Positions 23,501 to 38,269 of a DNA stretch of 64,000 nt are shown here, in pieces (within the stretch, counting starts at the first letter, position 1; each line of letters starts with the position of its first letter). The translations under genes were made by a program, and so were the position numbers. The stretch covers positions 23,994,001-24,058,000 of the forward strand of contig NC_043001.1 of the NCBI RefSeq assembly GCF_006345805.1. Reading direction: 5' to 3'. Source of the DNA: Octopus sinensis. Lineage: Eukaryota. The notes beneath the pieces are model-generated. The model made no database searches. It was not told the DNA's origin and saw nothing but the letters and a program-made list of their open reading frames with translations.

Positions 23501-24310
23501 TATCAAGATTACAAGTTCAGGTTTATACCTGTAATTATCGGGGCCCTGGCATATGTGATACACTGCCGAAATACCAATCTTGAGAAATTGGGTTTCTCAG
23601 GACCAGAAAGGAGAAAGCTAATTCGAAGACTATATATCCAATCAATCACTGGAACTGTAAAAATCTGTAAAACTTTCCAGAAGTTTATCATTTAAATATA
23701 TACGAGCAAAACGCCCCCACCCCGTCCAATGGACGGTGCTGAGTTGTCAAACATTTAAACCAAATTTTCTCAAAACAACTTGTCCGACCGTCTCATAGGC
23801 CTCCCCGTCCAAAAATAAAGATAGACTTTTTTCTATTCCAAAGAAAAACGATTTCCCACGGCTTTATCGATCGCATTCTCGTCTCGAATCGATTTTTGAA
23901 ATTTTTTCAAGACTTATACACGCCCTGATACCGTCGGTATCTACATATCAAATTTGAGCGCAATCGGATGGAGGATGCCTGAGATCCTAGAAGCCACACA
24001 CACACAGACAGACTGAACAGATTTTATATAAGAGATGAGCATGTCTAGATATGCAACTATTATATGTATGAGAATACATACATAAAACATACAAATCTGC
24101 ACATACATACATACATACATACATACATACATACATACACACATACATACATACATGCATACATACATACATACACACATACATACATACATACATACAT
24201 ACATACATACATACATACATACATGCATGCATGCATTCCAAAATACTCTGTTGTTGATGTTGAAATTCCAATGAGTTAGAAACCAGTTCTTTCTCTATTG
24301 GGAAGAAATC
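23501..24310 (+). mobile_element. 5'-truncated RLE-type (R4/NeSL-like) LINE end, interrupted by a Helitron
   Basis: YQDYKFRFIPVII...LEKLGFSGPERRKLIRRLYIQSITGTVKICKTFQKFII* (stop 23693-23695); 3' UTR resumes at 24036 and matches 38281-38520. Confidence 0.7.
23703..24035 (-). mobile_element. Non-autonomous Helitron with CTCG 3' end
   Basis: Minus strand A|TC...ccgtccattggacgg hairpin...CTCG|T; empty site visible in the paralogue at 38281-38320. Confidence 0.75.
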
Positions 24311-24479
24311 TTGAAATAATACTAAACAATGACGCGCGTGCGCGCACTCTCACACGCGCACATGTGTGTGTGTGTGTGTGTGTTGGTATACAATTCTCTC
24401 CTCCCACCCAAACGAACCGTATACGTGTATTTTTTCAAATTTTGATACAAAGCCAGGAATTTCGAAGCAGAGGACTAAT

Positions 24480-25468
24480 TGATGACATTACCCCCAGTGC
24501 TCAGGTGGTGCTCATTTTATCGACCCTGAAAATATGAAAACCAAAGTCGACCTCGGCGGAATTCGAACTCAGAACGTAAAGATGGAAGAAACAACGCTAT
24601 GTATCTTGCTCGGCTCGCCACCTTTGAACAGGAATAAATATCATTTAAGATTTTGGCATTAGGTCAGCAAATTCGGGGGAGGGGACCAGTCGATTACAGC
24701 GACCTCTGTACTCAACTGGTACTTAATTTATCGACCCCGAAAGGATGAAACACAAAGTCAACCTCAGCGTTTTTTGAACACAGAACGTAACGGCATATGA
24801 AATACCGCTCAGCATTTCGCCCGGCGTGCTAACGTTTCTTATTTCTTTCTTACCCACAAGGGGCTAAACAAAGAGGGGACAAACAAGGACCGACAAAGGG
24901 ATTAAGTCGATTACATCGACCCCAGTGCGTAACTGGAACTTAACTTATCGACCCCGAAAGGATGAAAGGCAAAGTCGACCTCGGCGGAATTTGAACTCAC
25001 AACGTAACGCATACGAAATACCGCTCAGCATTTCGCCTGGCGTGCTAACGTTTCTTATTTCTTTCTTACCCACAAGGGGCTAAACAAAGAGGGGACAAAC
25101 AGGACCGACAAAGGGATTAAGTCGATTACATCGACCCCAGTGCGTAACTGGAACTTAACTTATCGACCCCGAAAGGATGAAAGGCAAAGTGGACCTCGGT
25201 GGAATTTGAACTCAGAACGTAACAGCAGACGAAATACCTATTTGTTTACTACCCACAAGGAGCTAAACACAGAGGGGACAAACAAGGACGGACACACGGA
25301 TTAAGTCGATTATATCGCCCCCAGTGCGTAACGGATACTTATTTAATCGACCCCGAAAGGATGAACGGCAAAGTTGACCTTGGTGGAATTTGAACTCAGA
25401 ACGTAACGACAGACGAAATACGGCCACGCATTTCGCCCGGCGTGCTAACGTTTCTGCCAGCTCGCCGC
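24480..25468 (-). mobile_element. Tandem array of about five SINE family A units
   Basis: Repeated ~200-bp units with gtcgacc..ggcggaatttgaactc and tail ccccttgtgggta. Confidence 0.85.
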
Positions 25469-26135
25469 CTTACAACGGAATAAGTAGTAACAGAATATTT
25501 GCATTTATAATTGGCCTAAAATTACTTTACTGCATTATAATCGTGTCAATATTGCAATACTCACACATATGCACGCGTGTGTGCGCGCGAGCCGTGTGTA
25601 TACTAGTAGCCTCTCGACTCTGAGAAAGACTGCCATATCTGCAGCCTTTCTGCAATTTATTTGTTTATAATGATCAAATATTTGTGATTTACATTAGCTC
25701 AACTCCTCCTTGAAATCGATATTGGCTGTACAGGTGCACCGGGTTCCACACGTCAGTCGTCGGAATTATAACAGAGCCAGTGAAATAAAATGTTTCAGTT
25801 GGGAATATAATGCATCGCCCGGTCCGGGAATCGAAACTACGACCGTCAGTGCAATACCCTAACCACTACGCTACACGCTCTAACGTTACAGACACATACA
25901 CACACACACAGACGCGCACGCACGCACACACATTCATGTATACGCACATATATATTTCTTTTTTTTTAAATTGTTTCAGTCATTTGATTAGGGCCATGCT
26001 GGAGCACCGCCTTTAGTCGATCAAATCGACCCCAGAGCTTATTCTGTGTAAGCCTAGTACCTATTCCATCAGTCTCCCCTGCCGAACCAGCATCGGTTGT
26101 CAAGCGATGTTAGGGGTACAAACACGGACACACAA

Positions 26136-26174
<39 letters not shown>

Positions 26175-26349
26175 CATACAAAAGGCTTCTTCCAGTTTCC
26201 GTCTACCAAATCCACTCACTATAGTAGAAGACATCCGCCCAATAGCAAATTCTTTTTGGGAACGCTGAACAGTGAATCTCGAAGCAAATAATATTATAAA
26301 TTATAGCGTGTCAATGTTGTGTTAAAAATCCCTTGGATAGAAAAATTGG

Positions 26350-26425
26350 AGGGCTGTTCGTGGGGCTCGAACCCATATCTTTTGTAAACGGGCTAGGCGT
26401 TCTACCATTGCACCAAAACAATCCT
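26350..26425 (-). pseudogene. Degenerate tRNA-like sequence (pseudogene or SINE head)
   Basis: Minus strand tggtgcaatggtagaacgcc...gggttcgagccccac gaacagcc has A/B boxes and a T-arm; anticodon arm does not pair. Confidence 0.45.
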
Positions 26426-26689
26426 TAGAAATTTATCCATTCTAGAAATTTCATTCTTGACAGCGAGACTTATACCTTGTTGACATCAGCAGAATTTAGA
26501 AACTTCGATAACGTGAAATAATTCCTTCTCAGGAAGGGTGAAACTCGAAGCAAATGAAGCCATAAATAACAGCTTGTAAATATGTCAACCCAATATTTGC
26601 ATGCATTTATCTATAGTTTCATTTGCTTTGAGTTTCATCGTTCGTAAAATGAATTGTTTAATGCTCTCGAAGTTTCTGAAGTCCTATTG

Positions 26690-26981
<292 letters not shown>

Positions 26982-28879
26982 GAATACATGCACACACATA
27001 CTAACACACAAATTATGTTTGCTTGAATATTTAACTGCCTAAAAAGGACACAAATAAGTATACACTTGGCTAACTTTGTCGAATGCCTAAGTACTGAATT
27101 GCATTTTTTATTTACTTTAAAATCTAGTGGTGAAAGTTCTTACATCGGTAAACGCGCAGAATAGCCTTTAACAAAAGTGATACATGACATATCCTCTCTT
27201 TATTCAAGCGAATAAACACAATGAATCATTTCTAGAGCTAGAGCAAAGACACGTTTCTAAGGATGCAAGCTTTTCTCCAGGCAAAGAAATTAACATCATA
27301 ATGAAATCCTGCAATAGAAGTCAAGCGTATAGGTTATATTGTAGTGTTTGAATCAGTCGCATCTATCGTTGGAAAGTCTACTTAATCAGGCTTGTAAACT
27401 TACATCATGATCTTTTCGGTGGTGGAGAGACTATAAGAGGCGAGAAAGAAAGCAACGTTTCTGTTCGTGTCTCAGCAAGTAGTGGCAGAGCTATTAGTCC
27501 CGAAAGTTTATCCAATGTGAGAAGGTCATTTCAGCCAGAAATGTTTATAGAGTACGGCTGATCTTTGGGAGTTATTTTCTTGAGAACAATGATAGGATGA
27601 AGAGAAGTGTCGCAGGTATGATGTATGTGTATGTACGTGTTTACTATATACACACACACACACACACACACATACACACTAGCGTTTGTGTTTATCTTAT
27701 GCATGAGCGGGCGCGCGTGTGTTTGTGTTAGTAAGAGGGAAATATTGTGAAATATCGAAATGGCGAGCAAATGAGAGTTTAAAAACAAATGCAAAGGAAA
27801 TAAAGAAAAAAGGAAAGTGAAAACTACAGAGAGAAAGAATTGAGGAGAGAAGAAGAAGAAGAAGAAATGAAGAAGAAAGATATTGATTACGATGACACTG
27901 GGGATGAAGAGGACGATAAAGGGTATAAGGGAGGTGTGAGGTGGAGGGTTGAGAGGAGGATGAGGATATTGTTGATATTGATAATAATAATAATAATAAT
28001 AATAATAAGAGGGAGATAAAGAAAACACGAAATACTACAGCAGAAATGTAAATGTAAGGGAAATCCTGAAAGGGAAAAAAGAGAATTATTTGATTATAGC
28101 AGCAGATTATCAATTATTATGTTGATTATAAATGCTTTGATTTACGAAGTAGCAGAATTTAATTTGTGACAGAAAAATCAATGGTTGAGGATTTAAGACG
28201 TTTTCCTGAAATTGAAATTTGGTTAGTAGAGATTCGATTACAAAACTGATAGAATTTTAATTTATTTAAGGCAATTAGTGTATTGTCATCAAATGCAGAG
28301 AAAGAGATTAGAGTATTTTATAATAATTTTTAACCTTTATAATCGGCCATGTTATATTGAATTATCTCAGCATCATTGCCAGGGATGTTTAAATCCGTTT
28401 TTGTAATGAATACTCTAGTGCTGTTGTTGTTATTATTTAACACCAGGACGGCTCCCTTTGAGCACATCTATGATTAAAGGCATTCCAGCATTAACTGCCA
28501 AATATCTTTGCATGTAAATCGGGGTATATATAGTCCACTTCCTTATTCTAGTCGGTAGAGTGGGAGTCGAAGAAGATCTCGATTTTATTTATAGTAGGTC
28601 GAGTGACCGTGTAGATGTCTTATTGCTGCTTCAAGTCTACACTGCAATACGAATGTGTCAAAACAACCTTAAGCAAAAAAAAAAAAGAAACGAATTTATA
28701 TTTCATTTGCTCTTCATTTATTCTTTCATTCCATTTTGTGTGATTTCTTTATTCAATTCTGTACGCTGGTTTCAAGAAATGAAGTTTCAACACTGTTTCG
28801 GTCATATCACCAAATTAATGACACTGCATACGAAACCGTGGCTAAGCAACTCGTAATACAACACTTCGTCCACCTTGCT

Positions 28880-29350
28880 GCATCTTCTCGACATAACACT
28901 CACCACGAAGTCAATGAAGTATTCTTAATTTAATCAACGAAGTGGAAAACATATTTTATTCGCAAGATTGGGCCATTTCTTCTGTTTGGACGAATCCATT
29001 TCTAAAGGCCACCATGTAGTTCAGTAGAATTTTATGTTGTTTAGGTCATAGGAAAATGTCTTCTGACTATTTATTTAAAAGCATGGTAGAATGTGAGATT
29101 ATGCTTGCTTTTCTCAACGTGAAATCCCGAGGATGACAAGGAAAGGCGTTACTGTTGGAAAAATCATCTTTAGTCGTATGAGGCCCGTGCATTAGATTAT
29201 ATTCTAACAGTCAATGTGGTCTTCGTTTTGATAAATTATCAGTTACTTTCGTTAGTTCTTTAGTTCATTATAATCGTCGCAGGTATAACCATACTTGAAC
29301 AATGCTTTAGGTGGTACCTACAGCATACAGTTGGTAACATTTTTTTGTTA
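28880..29350 (-). pseudogene. Possible highly decayed piggyBac transposase
   Basis: Across shifting minus frames: LYAVGT, HGG..MDS..KKWP, VFHFVD.IKN, in piggyBac order. Many stops. Confidence 0.35.
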
Positions 29351-29579
29351 GCTAAGGTAACAGAAGGACCTATATGAGCTAAATTTCTTGAAAGGGGAGG
29401 ATAAACGGTTCATCCAGTTCCTACATTTCTTTCTACTGCAGCTGATGATAATAGTAGGGTGAGAGAAGGGGGTAAAGGTCAAAAACTTATATTATTTATT
29501 CGTGGGGATATACTTTCATCTATAGGATCCCTCCTATCACCAACCTCAATTATCATCATCATCATCATTATCATCATCA

Positions 29580-29940
29580 TCATCGTTTAACATCCGCTTT
29601 CCATGCTAGCATGGGTTGGACGATTTGACTGAGGACTGGCGAACCAGATGGCTGCACCAGGCTCCAATCTTGATTTGGCAGAGTTTCTACAGCTGGATGC
29701 CCTTCCTAACGCCAACCACTCCGAGAGTATAGTGGGTACTTTTACGTGCCACCAGCACGGGGGCCAGTCAGGCAGTACTGGCAACGACCTCGCTCGAATC
29801 TTTTTACACATGCCACCGGCACAGGTGCCAGTAAGGCGACGCTGGTAACGATCACGCTCGAATGGTGCCTTTTACGTGCCACCGGCACGGAAGCCAGTTA
29901 GCCGCTCTGGCAACGATCACGCTCGGATGGTGCTCTTAAT
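29580..29940. mobile_element. RTE-related interspersed repeat with three internal subrepeats
   Basis: ggatgcccttcctaacgccaacc motif typical of RTE-type ends; repeated tttacgtgccacc...ggcaacga.c.cgctcg units; (CAT)n flank. Confidence 0.55.
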
Positions 29941-30184
29941 TTCTCAACGAACAATCATTTGATCAAATCACTTAAATACATCTTTAGAATGAGATGTATT
30001 TAAAGTTATGTCATACTCGACATAACTAATTAACGGTTTAACAAGACGGTGGAAGCTGCTCTACACTAATTACACATATTTAAAAACTTCATAGTAAACT
30101 TTAATTAATTCTTTAGTTTGTTGGAAAGCTAAATAGTTGAGGAGTCTTAAGGTTCAAACAGTTTCAGAATAGATTTCTTATGGA

Positions 30185-30511
30185 TGGAAGCACTCCGTCG
30201 GTTACGACGATGAGGGTTCCGGTTGATCCGACCAACGGAACAGCCTGCTCGTGAAATTAACGTGTAAGTGGCTGAGCACTCCACAGACACGTGTACCCTT
30301 AACGTAGTTCTCGGGGATATTCAGCGTGACACAGAGAGTGACAAGGCCGGCCCTTTGAAATACAGGTACAACAGAAACAGGAAGTAAGAGTGAGAGAAAG
30401 TTGTGGTGAAAGAGTACAGCAGGGATCACCACCATCCCCTGCCGGAGCCTCGTGGAGCTTTTAGGTGTTTTCGCTCAATAAACACTCACAACGCCCGGTC
30501 TGGGAATCGAA
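30185..30511 (-). mobile_element. SINE with the 981-type head (5'-truncated) and tail type 2
   Basis: 30370-30511 matches the 981/62677 body; 30185-30365 matches the tail of 37272-37580. Confidence 0.8.
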
Positions 30512-30823
30512 AAGATTTCTTATATAAGAAAGTGAAGAAAGACCTGTGGTATCTTGATGGCACACCACCATTCCTTTTATTTGTTTCTCTTTTATCTTTT
30601 ACTTGTTTCAGTAATTACACTGTGGGCATACTGGGATACCACCTTAAAGAATTTTATTCGAACGAACCAGCGCCAGTACTTTTATAAGTCTAGTATTTAG
30701 TCTATCAGTTCCTTTTGCCGAACTGCAACGGTTACGGGGACGTATGCACAGCAACACCGGTTGTCAACCGATGTAAGGGGACAAACACAGACATAAAGAC
30801 ACACACATTCATGTATATGTATG

Positions 30824-30876
<53 letters not shown>

Positions 30877-30890
30877 ACACATATGATTCA

Positions 30891-31342
30891 ATAAGTTGGA
30901 GTTAACAAAAAGGAGTGCGGTTGGACATTTATTTGCAATCACTACAATTGTTTCTACGCAGCGTAGTTCTCCAGGCCTGCAGGTATTTGGTTATGTAACC
31001 GTTTCCTTGCACTATGAGATCTAGTTGTATTTCCTCAGGCGATATTTAAATATTGTCCCCGTAAATTCAAATTCTCGGTTTCAAGTGTTTCATATCTATC
31101 TGTCGTGGCTACTACTAACTCCAGGCCACGACAGATAGATAGGATGCTCTTGAAACCAAGAATTTGAATTAACGGAGACGATATTTATATATTGTCTGAG
31201 GAAACACAACTAGATCTCATAGTGCAAGGAAACGGTTACATAACCAAATACCACAAGCCTGGAGAACTACGTTGCGTAGAAGCAATTGCAGGGACTGCAA
31301 ATAAATGTCCAACCGCACTCCTTTTTGTTGACTCCAACTTAT
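30891..31342. mobile_element. Fold-back element (long imperfect inverted arms, central hairpin)
   Basis: Arms of ~200 bp are near reverse complements; inner atctatctgtcgtggc/gccacgacagatagat stem. Confidence 0.75.
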
Positions 31343-32638
31343 CCAATTATCTATTCATACACTACAGAATCCCAAACGCAAATCTGGAAGTACGTATAAT
31401 ACTACAACTGGATAACACAGGGTAAAATCTAAAGATGGACGAGCTTTATACTGTACTGTACTACGTTCTTAACAGAATATACCATAATTATATATATATA
31501 TATATATATATCTATATATATATATATATATATATATTACGACGGCCTACTTTCAAATACAGTCACAACGCGTTGGTGGGCTTGAGGCTATAGCAGAAGG
31601 CATCTGCCCAAGATGACACACTGTGGGACTGAACTCGGAACCATCTGGTTGGGAAGCAAGCTTCTTACTATACAGCTACACGTGCACGTATGAGTAAAAT
31701 GCTTTAAACGTTTTGAACAGCGTCCCAGAGAGTAGATTCGCGGTTGATGAAGATATTCCCAGGAGTTGAATTACTTTATGGCATCATAAAAATGTTGAAA
31801 CTTTGAGAGATTTAAAATAATTTGTTTTTAACAGTGGAACTCGAAGTTGATAAAGCTATATAAAAGATAACGTACAAATAATGGGCTAAAACCCTTTGGA
31901 TAGATAAAGCCTTCGAATTTTTCTGTACTGAGTATTTTAACCCAATATTCACATGCTATCATTTTATAGCTTCATCTACTTCGAGTCCTGCTATTAAAAT
32001 CTAATTATTTAATTTATGTTTTTGTTAAATATTTTTTTCCTATTTACCTAGTAAATGCTACTACAAGTCCAGACTTTTGAGTATTATTCTAACCTTTTAA
32101 AGATACTTGATTCTAGAAGATGAATACCACCGCTGAGTTACCTATAATGTAACTTCTACGTATTCAGTCAGTGAACTCATGGCAAGTAGCTGACATTCTC
32201 CTAATGTGTTTGGAGAAGGATGCATCTGAAGATATAACTACACCTAACGTATTTACTATTTTGGATTGTTTCTTTGTTTGGAGCTAAGTAAACCATTTCG
32301 TAGGAAATTTTGTCAGTAATAAAAGCCATAGAATTTCGAAGAGTTGAAGAAAACGTTTTTATTAGTTTTCCTATCGTATGCAGCATCTAGATATTGTTGG
32401 AAGTATAGAAATCTATTTCTCTTTATTTCCAGCAACACTTTAATGATATCTGCGTGGCTACGGAGTATAGTCAATTGTACATTTTACCTACATCCTACAA
32501 CGCAGAGAAAAACTTGAGTTCTCATCTATTACTGCATAATATTTGGTTAAGCCAACAGCCATAATTTGACTACAGCGCTCAAATCAAGGTATATACATTC
32601 AACACTTAATGCTGATATAAAATTCCCCATAATTTATC

Positions 32639-32873
32639 TATTTCTTTACTACTCAGAAGGGGCTAAACACAGAGGGGACACACAAGGACAGACAAACGGA
32701 TTAAGTTGATTACATCGACCCCAGTGCGTAACTGGTACTTAATTTATCGACCCAGAAAGGATTAAAGGTAAAGTCGACCTTGGCGGAATTTGAACTCAGA
32801 ACGTAACGGCAGACGAAATACAGCTACGCATTTCGCCCGGCATGCTAACGATTCTGCCAGCTCGCCGCATTGT
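32639..32873 (-). mobile_element. SINE family A, 12-bp TSD
   Basis: TSD ccataatttatc at 32627-32638 and 32874-32885. Confidence 0.9.
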
Positions 32874-34929
32874 CCATAATTTATCATATAGCTGAAATCG
32901 TATCAAGCTTTTCCATTAAGCGGTCATCACAGACTATAAGTTAATTATTTCTTTTCTCTTAAATAGTATATTACACACTTCATTCTAATTTTCTCTGGAT
33001 CATTCGGAAGATGTGACGTAAGCAAAACCAGGAAATATCTGGCTGCAATGGCTTGTCTGTGCTGTACTACCACCTGTGGTGTTGCTTATTTCAGAATTAT
33101 CATTACTAGTATACAAATAACTTCAGTGGATTACTAAGGCCGGACTTGTAAAATTTTAGGAATGTGAAAAGACTCCCATATCAAAATTTATTTCTAAGCA
33201 GTTCATTGTGCAGGTTAAAACTTCCTTAAACGGAACCATACACATTTGGGTATTGTGAGAAGCAGTTGTCTGGTAGTATGTCTCTGTATGTTGATTGCTT
33301 GATTTCTTCTTATCAGGAGGAACATGCTCCCGTTTTGCTTCTTGAGTAGATGATAAATCTGGCAGAGGTTGTCATTATACGAGATATTTTGAGCGTGAAT
33401 TGGATGAATTATTTATTTGACGGTTAAACTCAAGTGTATTGCAGGAGAATATCTTTAGATTCACCTTGAATATCTTTAGACTGACCACCATGAGTTCCTT
33501 TCTCAATTGTACATCTTCATAAGAGTTGCGCGCAATTGAATTTTGTTTTTAATTTTCAATTTGCGTTCACACAAGAAATAGATTTGCGGTTTTATTTGAT
33601 TTAATTTTGATTGCAATATCCAAAATATTATAGGGCACAAAAAGAAAATGACTCTCCCCAGACAACAGAATATTCAAAAGATTTTCTTTTAATGATTTGC
33701 GTGTTGCAAGAAACAGCGAGGTTTTTTTAAATTTGAATATTTTTACACTTGAACACTTAACAAAAGTTTTACACAAACTTCATGTGTGAAGATTTGTCGG
33801 ACTTGGTAAAGTATCATAGACAGCCTGGGTCAAAAATCCGATTCAATAGATGTAATCGCACCAGAAATTCAACCTAGTGATGTTTCACTGCAGCATGTTA
33901 ACCCACCTTGTCCAGATACCTTGTTGGTCAAGTCACACCATCTTGCTAGCTGTGCTTCCTCTTCACTCGAACTTCTTGGAGGACAATCTTTCGCTCCTTT
34001 CGCCTAGCGTTACCAATCTGGCAAGATGAAAATTAGCCCGAATACTCAAGAAATATAAAATTCGAATTAACTATCTCTTCAAGTTTCGCTTAGCCGCTCA
34101 TTCAACCAATAAAGACAGCTGCACAATATTTTTTACATGATATCTTGCAATATACCCCACCCATAGCAGTTTTTATCTGTAATCAGTAATTTAATAGTTC
34201 TGTTAGTTAAAAGTTTTCCTCTAAAATACATTTTAGACTGATGCAATGCATAGTCTGATGCAATGCATAACATAAACGTATCTCTTATGGAGAATATTAT
34301 AAATATAATTTTTTCGTAAACTTTCATTCCTATTTACACTTATGTATACAATATCTTTCTAAAAATTCACGTATGCACAGATGCTAAAACAGAAAATGAT
34401 AAATATGTTTTTACACTAAATTTTTTGGCACAAATTCCAAATGACACTTTAATACTTATTAGAAAAAAATCATGTTCAATCTATTTAACCATTCCCTGAA
34501 ATTACTCCAATCTATCTTTTCACACTTGAATAATTACTAACCTATATTTGTTCAAATTTTTCTCCCCTTCCCAGCCTGGTCTTTTACTTTCCTACCGTCA
34601 ACATTTATACTTCGTCTGTTTTTGACCTTTAAATTATTTCATTAGTTTCCCACCACAAATAATACAAAATTCTTTTCTTTGTTATATAAAAATTCCCTTC
34701 TTTGAAATTTACAACAAAACTAGAACACTACATATATAATTCTTCTTTTGATGAAAATCCGCTTGTTTTTCTATAAAAATTCCCCAAACTGTGTCTGTTT
34801 TCACCGGTTAGATAAACGAATAGGCATAAATCGAATTTTGTTATGAATTTGACTCTACTCCCTGTATTGAATCGTTCCATTTGTAAACAAAAAGGTTGAT
34901 TTTCTTACAATAACTTTAAAATAATGGCT

Positions 34930-35550
34930 TCAACTGTTGGCGCGAGGCGAGCAATTTTAAGGGAGGCGGTATGTCGATTACATCGACCCCAGTGTTCAAT
35001 TGTTACTTATTTTATCGACGACCTAAGAATGAAAGGCAAAGTCGACATGGCGGCGAATTTGAACTCAGAACAAAACGAGTAAGAAGGAATACTGCGAAAC
35101 ATTTATCCGATGCTCTCACAGTTCTGCGAGCACTCATTCTTTAGCTTTCCAAATAACAGTTCCAAATTTTGGCATAGGGCCAACAGTTTTTGAAGGGAGA
35201 GAGGAAATCTATTACATTGACCTAGTATTTACTTTATCGACTCTGAAAGGATGGAAGGCAAAGTCGACCTCAGTGAAATTTGAGCTCAGAACCTAAAGAC
35301 GGACGAAATACATATTTCTTTACTACCCACAAGGGGATAAACACAGAGGGGACAAACAAGGACAGACAAACGGATTAAGTCGATTACATCGAACCCAGTG
35401 CGTAACTGGTACTTAATTTATCGACCCCCCGAAAGGATGAAAGGCAAAGTTGACCTCGGCGGAATTTGAACTCAGACGAAAATAGCGGTAGACGAAATAC
35501 CGCTAAACATTTTGTCCGGCATCTTGACCGTTTTGCTAGCACGCCGCCTT
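34930..35550 (-). mobile_element. Cluster of SINE family A copies (young copy joined to older ones)
   Basis: Three alignable units; junction at 35312/35313. Confidence 0.8.
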
Positions 35551-35767
35551 CTTAGCTTTCAAAATAATAATATAATTTAATATATATAAAGTGTGTGTGT
35601 GTATGCGGAATATAGCAAATTGGTATATGTTACTTTGCTTGCAGAAACCAGGGATAGTTGATTTCCAATTGCTTGTATCCTTTACCTTAAACTAACCGGA
35701 TGCTCGAAGTTTTTTCTAACTTCTGGTGAACAACTGCCGATTTGGAATCACAGTTATTGCCTTTAGC

Positions 35768-35899
35768 AAAAGTCTGTATTGAACCAAATATTTGTTAATA
35801 AAAAGTCTTTATTGCACCAAATATTTGTTTATAAAACGTCTGTATTGCACCAAATACTTATTTATAAAAAGTCTGTATTGCACCAAATATTTGTTTATA
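35768..35899. repeat. 33-bp minisatellite, 4 copies
   Basis: Unit aaaagtctgtattgcaccaaatatttgtttata at 35768, 35801, 35834, 35867. Confidence 0.9.
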
Positions 35900-37271
35900 A
35901 TATAAAAAAATTTGACAATAGCCAGTTCTAACTTCACCAAAGGGAACACCGTAGCTGAGTCATGTAATCGTTGATTTTTGTTTTTGCTATGGTTTACTTC
36001 AGCGGAAGGCGTTGCGCTTGCGACCTTTACCATTGGGAGATGCTTTGTTGTTTTCTATAGTTTCTATTGATTTACAAAATCAAATATTGCATTTACACAA
36101 ATATATACACATATGTGCATATTTAGACATTAAATGTCTGTATTAGTGATTGTACGAAAAAGAGCCAGAACCAGAGATGCAGATCGACGATAGTACCTTC
36201 TCTGGCAGTAATAGTTAATATCCGGGAGGGTTTTCAAGCACCCTATAAAGAGATTCAATTGATTCTACTCTGTAAAAGTTCAGTTTTCAAACGCCATATA
36301 TTTCTGAGTCACATTTTTCAGATTTTCACTGTATTAGTGCTAGGATGAGATTGCTCACTGTTTAAAGCTGGTATGTATGAAATTTTCATTGAATAATGAT
36401 TCACCATTAGGAATTTACAATAGATAGTTCTACGTGATCCTGAATCTACTACAAGCGAGTAATTAAAATAAGACAAGCTTGTTTGTGTCCTTGTTTGGAA
36501 GGACCGCGTGTGTTAGAATGCTTTTCACTATAGGTCTGCTCGATCACAGGTGGATCAAGAGCGAAACAAGATACAATTACAACAGTGTACACTGAGGGGA
36601 ATTGTATAACAGGATTTTTCTACCGATTTCATCATGATCAGAAGCATCTATACAGACTTGAGTTTTATGACCAGAGGAATCTGCATGGTTTTGAATGTAT
36701 GCGGTTTGGGTTCAAGCCCACTGCAAGTGTCATCTACCCTAGCTTCGGATCGACCAATGTAAGAAACTATTAGGAAACACGTCGAAGTGATCAACTTCTG
36801 CTCTTTGGTGGAAGACTTAATCCGTCTACTTTGCTGATTGCTTACTACATTATATTTTATTTTTCCTTATTTATTAAATCGATAAAATTGAATTTAGTTC
36901 CTTCGAGGATTACTATGTGCATAATCACAGTCATCATCAGCATCCTCATCAGTAACAACAGCAGCAACACTGCCAGCTGCAGCGAGACAAGCAATAGGAG
37001 TAACCACATTCTACAACAATGATGGAATATCAATAATTTTACAGAGAAGTGGTGTTCATATCCCAGAAAAAATGTCAGAACAGAACTAGGACAGCTTCAG
37101 GCATTTTGGTTATTTTTTAAGTTTAAAAATGAAGTTTAAATTATAAAGTTGGTTAATATGGAGTTAAACAGAATATGATCTGATTATGATTTGATGAGTG
37201 ATTAAACGCGAACATTTTAAGCCATTGAAAGAAACAAACTGATGTCTGAATTTTATACTAAGATCCGTAAA

Positions 37272-37580
37272 GGCGCATGGCTTACTGGATTGGGTATTCG
37301 GTTCCCGGTCGTAAGGTCTGGAGTTTAGCGCGTTGCGTCCTTGAGCGAGGCACTTTATTTCACGTTACTTCATTTCAAACAACTGGTAAAAATGAGTTAT
37401 ACCGGTAATTCAAAGGGCCAGCCCTGTCACATCTTGCGTCACGTCGAATCTCCCTGAGAACTATGTTAAGGGCATGTGTGTCTGTGGAGTACTCAGCCAC
37501 TTGTACGTTGATTTCATGAACAGGCTGTTCTGTTGATTGGATCAACTGGAACACTCGTCGTCGTAACCGATGGAGTACCA
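37272..37580 (+). mobile_element. SINE with CORE-like head and tail type 2
   Basis: ccttgagcgaggcactttatttcacg head joined to gagaactatgttaaggg...gatcaactggaacactcgtcgtcgtaaccga tail. Confidence 0.7.
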
Positions 37581-38269
37581 GTTATATACTGAGATCCTAA
37601 GCATTTACTAAATCGGTTTATTTTAATTGTTGAATCGGCTATTAAGTATCTGATATTTATATAGCTTTATAAATTCATAAACAAGCGCTACTTACTGAAG
37701 AACTTAAGATGGTGAGCTGGCACAATCGTTTGTGCGTCGGATGAAATCGTTCTGTGTTCAAGTTTCACCAAGGTCGTCTTTACCTTTCGTCCTTTTGGGG
37801 CCGATAAAATAAGTACCGTTGAGTCCAAGTTTTGATGCAATTGTCTATCCTACTCCCTCTGAAATTGTTGGTCTTGTACCAGTATTTGGAAAATATTGTT
37901 GACCTTTGATAAATAGTTGATATGTGTAGCAGCATCTTTACATAAAAATTTATCCTAACTGGAAGTCTTTAAAAGACCATATCGCCACGTTATCATCTAT
38001 ATAATTATTGGAAATAAGGTGCAACAATGGTCGTGTGGTTAAGAAGGTCGTTTTGCAAGCTTGTGGTTTAGGGTTTAGTCCTGGTGCGCCGCACTTTGAT
38101 AAATACTTTCTATTATAGCCAAATCGATGCCTTGAGAGGGAAATATTTGGGAGACAGAAACCGAGGAGCTTGTCGAATATACATATATACACACATAATA
38201 CATTCAAACGCACACAAATACATACATACATACATACATACATACACTCTATAATGAAATCAGTCGGAA

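Noticed and set aside
29630-29655. CTGAGGA-ctgg cgaa ccag
   Set aside because: Good stem II but no GAAA; part of an RTE-type repeat.
31700-33560. Possible transposase or host exon remnants in AT-rich non-microsatellite DNA
   Set aside because: No motif could be followed across frames with confidence.
35768-35899. Possible CRISPR-like array
   Set aside because: Contiguous 33-bp units without spacers, in eukaryotic context.
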